Source: Micromonas sp.
Lineage: Eukaryota
Length of the DNA stretch: 32,000 nt
Direction of reading: 5' to 3'
Assembly: GCA_000090985.2 (NCBI GenBank)
Contig: CP001328.1
Span: 306,318 to 338,317, forward strand
The notes beneath the pieces are model-generated. The model did not search any database. It was not told the origin of the DNA and was given only the letters and a program-made list of their open reading frames with translations. Below, in pieces: positions 27,301-32,000 of this stretch. The position numbers and the translations under genes are program-made. Numbering within the stretch: the stretch's first letter is position 1; each line of letters begins with the position of its first letter.

Positions 27301-29247
27301 ACCGCGTTCACGGTGGCTTCCAGGTACGGCGATAACATCCGGCACGGGTGGCGGCACATCCTGGACCTCACGCTGAGGTTGCATCGCATGGACCTCCTCT
27401 CGGAGAAAGTCTGCGAGTCCCTCGCGCCGGACGAGAGGGACGGCGGGACGATGCGAACGCTCGACGGCGCCGAGGCTTCCACGTCTTTTCGCCGGCGAGA
27501 ACGCGAGCGGCTGGCGAAGAAGAACAGCGGGAGCAACTCCATCCTGCGCGGGTTCTCGCAGCTCCTGTCGCTGGACACGGACAGCTGGGGCGGAAGCGGC
27601 GGGGAGGCGCCGCTTGGCGAGGACGAGAAGGAGGCGGAGGCGCGGGCCGTTCGATGCGTGGACGCGTGCCGCGTCGACGAGGTCTTCGCCGACTCGAAGT
27701 TTCTGGAGACGGATTCGCTCCAGCACATGGTCCGCGCGCTGGTGACGGCGGCGGGGGGTAAACCGGAGGGGCCCGGGGGTGCCGAGGGGGGTGCCGAGGG
27801 GGGTGCCATCGTCGACGCCCCTCGGGACGTGGACGAGGACGCCGCGGTGTTTTGCCTCGACGTCTTGGTCGGGGTGACGCTTCGCAACCGCGACCGCGTC
27901 AGGACGTGCCTGCCGCTCGTGTACGGGTTGCTCAGGCAGCTGGTGCAGACGGCCAAGACCCCGAGCGCGCTGGCGGAGCGCGCCATCTTCGAGGTTCTCC
28001 GGCTCTGCCGCAGGCTGCTGCCGCACAAGGAGGACCTCGCGGATGAGCTCCTGGATTCTCTCCGGCTGATGTTCGCGCTGGAGCCCGCGGTGGCTGACGC
28101 GTTCCTCGAGAGGATCGTTCGGGAGCTCGGTCACCTCGTCGCCGAGTGCGGAGGTCACGTCCGGGGCGCGAAGGGGTGGGAGACGGTGTGCAAGCTGCTG
28201 ATGGCGAGCGCGAGGCACCCGGACGCGGCGGCGCACGGCTTCGCCGCGCTCCGCGCCATCGTCGAGGGCGCGCCGACGGATGACGGATCCTCCGCCAAAC
28301 CCGCAGTTGTCGCCGAGAAGACGTCAACCGCCGCCGCCGACGCCAACGGCAACGGGCACCACGCCGACGATGACGACGACGACGCCCGCACCCCGTCGAC
28401 ACCCGGCACCGCGCACGGCGGCGCGCACCACCTGCGCCCGTGGAACATCCGCGCGTGCGTCGAGGCTGTCGGCGCCTTTATCGACGCGCACGAGGGGGGC
28501 GACGACCGATCCGTCGCGGCGGTGGGTTTGATCTCCTCCGCGACGGCGGCGACGGAGCGGTGGTGCTCCGGAAACGCGGACGGCGGCGCGATGGCCGTCG
28601 CCGCCGCGCGCGTAATGCGTTGGCCGAACCACCCGTCCGCGGGTAACTCCCCCGTCGAGGCGATCAACGCGCTGCGCGCCGAGACGATCGCGGGCGCGTG
28701 GACGGATTGCGTGTCGAAGCTCGTCGCCGTCGCGCGCGAGGAGACGCGGGCGGCGGTGAGGGACGACGCCATCCTGACGTTGCAGCGCGTGTTGCTCGCG
28801 TCGGACGGGCTCAACGCGCCGGCGACGCACTGGGTGCGCGTGTGTTCCGGGGTGTTGATGCCGTTGCTCGAGGCTATGGGCGAACGGACGCGAGCCGCGC
28901 CCCGGGGCGACGCCAAGGCGAGCGCCGAGCGAACCGCTCGGCTGGGCGTCTCGTGCGTCGCGAAGGCTTTCCTGCAGTACCTGCCGGCGATGTTAACCGC
29001 GGCGACGCCGGCGCAGTTCGCGGCGGCGTGGACCGAGGTGCTGGATCGCAACGCGGAGGTGCTCAAGCACGCGCGGAGCGAGGAGCTGCGGGAGGCGGTT
29101 CCCGAGGCTGTGAAGAACATGCTGCTGGTTATGAGCGCGCAGGGGGTGCTGGCGCCTGGCGCGCCCGAGGGTATCTGGGAGACGACGTGGAAGAAGGCGG
29201 CGGCGATCGACGCGGGTCTCACGCCGGCGATCGTCGGCGCCAAGTAG
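24336..29247 (+). CDS. Large Sec7-domain ARF guanine-nucleotide exchange factor, GBF1/GNOM family; join(24336..24640,24939..29247), 1537 aa
   Basis: Exon 1 ends ...YLAPFLQVVRSVETSGPITG at a GTGAGC donor. The acceptor is CCTCTCAG and the junction is phase 2. The splice gives ETSGPITG|MALSAVHKVLKHGLI, collinear with GNOM ETGAPITSIALSSVYKIL (DCB domain). The Sec7 domain lies at about 26320-26890 and includes FKLPGEAQKISRILEVF (catalytic Glu) and YVLSYSIIMLNTDQHNPQVKRKMT. The YS...D...M residues are of the type found in brefeldin-A-sensitive GEFs. Confidence 0.9.
24641..24938 (+). other. ArfGEF intron (298 nt), C-rich on the coding strand
   Basis: GTGAGC...CCTCTCAG, with AACTCAC about 42 nt upstream of the acceptor. 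In-frame TGA at 24642. Confidence 0.85.
25356..25421 (+). repeat. 33-nt tandem duplication containing GGTGCCGAGGGTGCC-GTCGAC, encoding (GAEGAVDGNA[Q/E])2
   Basis: gggtgccgagggtgccgtcgacggcaacgcgca / gggtgccgagggtgccgtcgacggcaacgcgga. The two copies differ by one nucleotide. Confidence 0.92.
27776..27817 (+). repeat. In-frame (GGTGCCGAGGGG)x2.6 cassette encoding GGAEGGAEGGAIVD
   Basis: gggggtgccgaggggggtgccgaggggggtgccatcgtcgac. Confidence 0.9.
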
Positions 29248-29406
29248 GCGCGATTTAATCGAATTCAGAACGCGTCAGCGAGCGCAGAGCGCGACGTGGG
29301 CGCCAGAAAAACAGGAAAAAAAAATTCCCGTCCCCACTGGTGACCTCCGGGGCACCGGATTGGCGCTGGGCACCCCTCCCGGAAGCGGTTTCCGTTCGAG
29401 GAGCCG

Positions 29407-29432
29407 CGCGCGTCGGGGCGCCCCGACGCGCG
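29407..29432. repeat. 26-bp perfect palindrome
   Basis: cgcgcgtcggggc|gccccgacgcgcg. The two 13-nt halves are exact reverse complements (checked by hand). Confidence 0.9.
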
Positions 29433-29764
29433 TTAGGGCCGCGGAAACCGCGCGCGCGCGACGTCGTCGACGTCCCGAGGGGATATCGAGCGCCTTCTGC
29501 CGCGCTCGCGCGGCGCAACCTGCGCAGCCGCCGGCGCCCTCGCCACCCTCGGAAGGGGCAGAAGTTTCCAGACGACAACGGAGCCAGCCGGGTCTTCTCG
29601 CGGAACTCTCCGTGGCTTCCGCGGACCTGCCGTGACGGACAAGTCGGCACACAAAACTTCTCGAGAGAGGGTCCTGAGGTCCCAGGTCCGGTGTTTTACC
29701 GAACTTTTTTTGTCGGTCGCCACCCACGGAAGGTGTCTCGACGCTTCCCGGGCGGTCCCGGTGA

Positions 29765-29810
29765 GCTCCGTTTGGCTCCGTTTGGCTCCATTTGGCTCCG
29801 TTTGGCTCGG
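29765..29810 (+). repeat. 10-bp tandem repeat GCTCCGTTTG x4.5 (array 1)
   Basis: gctccgtttg gctccgtttg gctccatttg gctccgtttg gctcgg. Confidence 0.92.
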
Positions 29811-29989
29811 CTCGAGTCTCTGACTCCTGTTTTTGGGTTTAATTTTTCCCAATCAGGCAGTCCCGGTTAATTTCTCGGAATTGATCCGTAGGCTCCGCAG
29901 TCTCCGTTTGGGACTTCCGAATCTTCCGCGAAAGGTCAAAATCCTTGAATTGCGAACCCGGAGGCAAATCACGGAAGCTTCCGCGACTG

Positions 29990-30046
29990 GCTCCATTTGG
30001 CTCCGTTTGGCTCTGTTTGGCTCCGTTTGGCTCCGTTTGGCTCCGT
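29990..30046 (+). repeat. 10-bp tandem repeat GCTCCGTTTG x5.6 (array 2, same orientation)
   Basis: gctccatttg gctccgtttg gctctgtttg gctccgtttg gctccgtttg gctccgt. Degenerate single copies lie between the arrays (ggctccgcagtctccgtttggg at 29890-29911). Confidence 0.92.
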
Positions 30047-30663
30047 GGTGGTTTCCATTTTTCGGATTTATACGGGGGGTTTTATTCGTCGTTTTTGGGT
30101 TCACACCCGCGTCGTCTTGCGCTCGCGGCCGCGGCGAATAAAAAGCCGCAGCGCGCCAAAATCGAATCCACGTGTGCCAACCGAGCCAACTGTTGGTTTT
30201 GAACCCCCCTCGAGCCGCGGCCCGGGCACTATCGCGGGTCTCTGAACCGACCGTCGACCGTCCCAATCGAGTGCACATGTCTGCCATCGCCACTCCCATC
30301 GCAGCGCGCGCGGCGCTGACCGCCGGCCCCGCCAGGTGCGCCCGTCCCCGACCGCGCGGGAACCGAATGCATCCCGATCAGAATCTTCCCGCACCGTGTC
30401 AGTCGCTGATTGGCGGACGCTCCGAGTCGCGCCGCCGCGACCGGCGCGATCTCTCGCGTCTCGAATCGCTGACCCTCGATACCCCGTCCACGTCCGCACC
30501 CGCAGGTCCATCTCCGCCCGTAAGGTCGTCGGCGGTGCGTCCCCGCCTCCACCCCCGTCGCGCCAAACGCCCAGCCCATCGCCAGAACACGCGCGCGAGA
30601 TAAACTAACTCCCCCGCCCACTCCCGCGCGCGTACCTCCACAGGCGCGTCGCTTCGCCCCTCC

Positions 30664-31062
30664 ATGCGCGTGAGGGCCCGCCCCGTGGCCCGACGCGCCG
30701 ACCGCCTCGTCGTCCGCGCCGAGGAGGACGGCGGTTTCGAGGTTCCCGACGCCCTCAAGGAGCTCATGAAACCCCCCGACGCCTCCGTCGCCGCGCCCGC
30801 CTGGCTCGAGCCCCTCATCAAGCTCGCCGAGGAAGCCGGCGAGTCCGCCCCGGTCGTGGGCTACGGCATCATGGGCGCCACCGGCGTGTTCTTCGCCCTC
30901 TTCTTCGCCATCATCGGACTCGGAGGATTCGGGTTCATCGTCGCGAGCGGCGCCACCGGCTACGCCATGTGGCAGGCGTCGCCGTACCTCTCCGTCATCG
31001 CGTCCAAGTTTGACGCGACGCCGCCGCCGAGTCGGTCCGCGGACGACGACGACGACGAGTGA
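30664..31062 (+). CDS. Small membrane protein with two adjacent Gly-rich TM helices and an acidic C-terminus; 5' end unresolved
   Basis: 132-aa ORF: MRVRARPVARRADRLVVRAEEDGG... then VVGYGIMGATGVFFALFFAIIGLGGFGFIVASGATGYAMW, ending DDDDDE. A possible upstream exon is discussed in the findings. Confidence 0.6.
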   Translation: MRVRARPVARRADRLVVRAEEDGGFEVPDALKELMKPPDASVAAPAWLEPLIKLAEEAGESAPVVGYGIMGATGVFFALFFAIIGLGGFGFIVASGATGYAMWQASPYLSVIASKFDATPPPSRSADDDDDE

Positions 31063-31141
31063 ATTCGGCGGACGAAGTGAACGATCGCAGTGTAAAGAAA
31101 CATGTTTTATCATATCTATCCGAGCGGGGGAGATCCGTCGC

Positions 31142-32000
31142 CTACCTCGCGGGGGTGCCCGCCTCCTTCGCCGCCCTCGCTTTTTCCTCTTGCTTTTTCC
31201 TAAACGACGCCAGCGGACCGGACCTGATCCCGTCGTGGAACGGCGAGCATTCCCCGCACTCGCACCCGACCGCGTCCTTCTTCCCCGCGTGCTTGTTCCC
31301 GCCGAACAGCGCGTTGTCCACGACGTCGATGTACAGCGACGGTCCGTCGTTGGACAAACCGATCTTCGCGGTGCCCTCCATCACGATGTCCTCCTCGGCG
31401 TGAGAAAACGGATACGACCGGAACATCCCGGCAAAGCCGTGAAGGCCGTAGGCGGTGCCCGCGAGGGAGAGCGCGCTGAACGCCTCGCCGGCCAAGGACG
31501 GATCCACCGCGGCGATGACGTCGCGAAGCGAGGGCGCGACGCCGGCGCCCGCCGCGGCGCCCGCGGCGGAGGCGCCAAAGGCGAGGAGGCACGTCGCCCA
31601 AACAGCCTTCCACGCCGCCGCCGCGATAGCAACGACCTTGAGCGCCTCGGTGTTTCTCAACGCCCCCTGGCAGTGGGTGCAGTACTTGGTGTGCATCTCC
31701 CACGTGTCGAACAGCTTGGACTGATCGCGCTCGATGGGGGGCATCGCGTCGCCGTCGCGGCCGGCCCAGGGGATCGGGCCGTTGCGCCCGAACCACTGGT
31801 AGAACATCACCGTCATCTTGTCCGCGCCGGTGGGGATGAACACCTGATCCTTCCACTTGTTCGCGATGTCCTGCCCGTCGCCCTGCGCGATGATCTTCTC
31901 CTGCTGGTGGAGGAGGACCATGTCCTGGTGCAAAAACGTGGGCCCGAGCACGTGCGTCATCCACGCCGGCGACGTGAGCGTGAACAGGTTGAGCTTGAAC
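31142..32000 (-). CDS. C-terminal part of a PAO/Tic55/PTC52-family Rieske-type oxygenase (partial; the 5' end lies beyond the window)
   Basis: The reading frame stays open to position 32000 (..FKLNLFTLTSPAWMTHVLGP..). Family motifs: FLHQDMVLLHQQEKI and the family-typical CxxC (WEMHTKYCTHCQGAL), followed by hydrophobic segments. Stop is TAG at 31142. Confidence 0.8.
   Translation of the reverse strand, partial: FKLNLFTLTSPAWMTHVLGPTFLHQDMVLLHQQEKIIAQGDGQDIANKWKDQVFIPTGADKMTVMFYQWFGRNGPIPWAGRDGDAMPPIERDQSKLFDTWEMHTKYCTHCQGALRNTEALKVVAIAAAAWKAVWATCLLAFGASAAGAAAGAGVAPSLRDVIAAVDPSLAGEAFSALSLAGTAYGLHGFAGMFRSYPFSHAEEDIVMEGTAKIGLSNDGPSLYIDVVDNALFGGNKHAGKKDAVGCECGECSPFHDGIRSGPLASFRKKQEEKARAAKEAGTPAR

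Noticed and set aside
24634-29243. 1200-aa and 362-aa minus-strand ORFs antisense to the ArfGEF gene
   Set aside because: For the same reason: no recognisable motifs, while the plus strand carries a complete Sec7 GEF.
29765-30046. Possible CRISPR-like or prokaryotic repeat array
   Set aside because: The units are 10 bp and directly abutting with no spacers. The context is eukaryotic nuclear DNA and no cas-like genes are present.
30131-30149. Hairpin gcggc-gaataaaaa-gccgc with an AATAAA loop as a terminator or poly(A) signal
   Set aside because: The stem is only 5 bp and no gene ends nearby on either strand. AATAAA usage in this lineage is not something I can assert.

Overview
The window looks like compact, GC-rich eukaryotic nuclear DNA, not a prokaryotic accessory region. 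The best fit is a prasinophyte green alga (Mamiellophyceae, Micromonas-like). Evidence for this: a plant-type tRNA-Ala, several proteins with plastid transit-peptide-like N-termini, spliceosomal GT..AG introns, and about one gene per 2 kb. I support 17 protein-coding genes and one tRNA. In order they are: M14 carboxypeptidase (-), Mps1/TTK kinase (+), a small FABP/calycin-like protein (-), an AhpE/BCP-like peroxiredoxin (+, 2 exons), PhoD-type phosphatase (-), ribosomal protein eL31 (+, 4 exons), cyclophilin (+), a small heat-shock protein with three alpha-crystallin domains (-), a helical-repeat (mTERF-like?) protein (+), a class-V aminotransferase (-), tRNA-Ala(CGC) (+), a SET-domain methyltransferase (+), splicing factor PRP17/CDC40 (-, 2 exons), an FtsH-like AAA protein lacking the HEXXH zinc site (+), an acidic hypothetical protein (-), a GBF1/GNOM-type Sec7 ArfGEF (+, 2 exons), a small two-TM protein (+), and the 3' part of a PAO/Tic55-family oxygenase (-, runs off the window). 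Four genes needed splicing that the plain ORF track misses. Most long ORFs antisense to these genes are Arg/Gly/Pro-rich shadow ORFs typical of GC-rich DNA. I found no CRISPR array, operon, recognisable transposon, or convincing new multi-gene system. The points most worth a second look are: (1) the triple-ACD sHSP; (2) the FtsH-like pseudoprotease; (3) a GGTGCCGAG(GGG) cassette inserted in the same reading frame at four sites in two unrelated genes on opposite strands; (4) a 1.4-kb gene-free interval (29248-30663) with two arrays of a 10-bp repeat and a 26-bp perfect palindrome; (5) intergenic tandem repeats with 10-11-bp periods that phase short A/T tracts. All homology statements rest on motif recognition by eye. 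No searches or computations were run.
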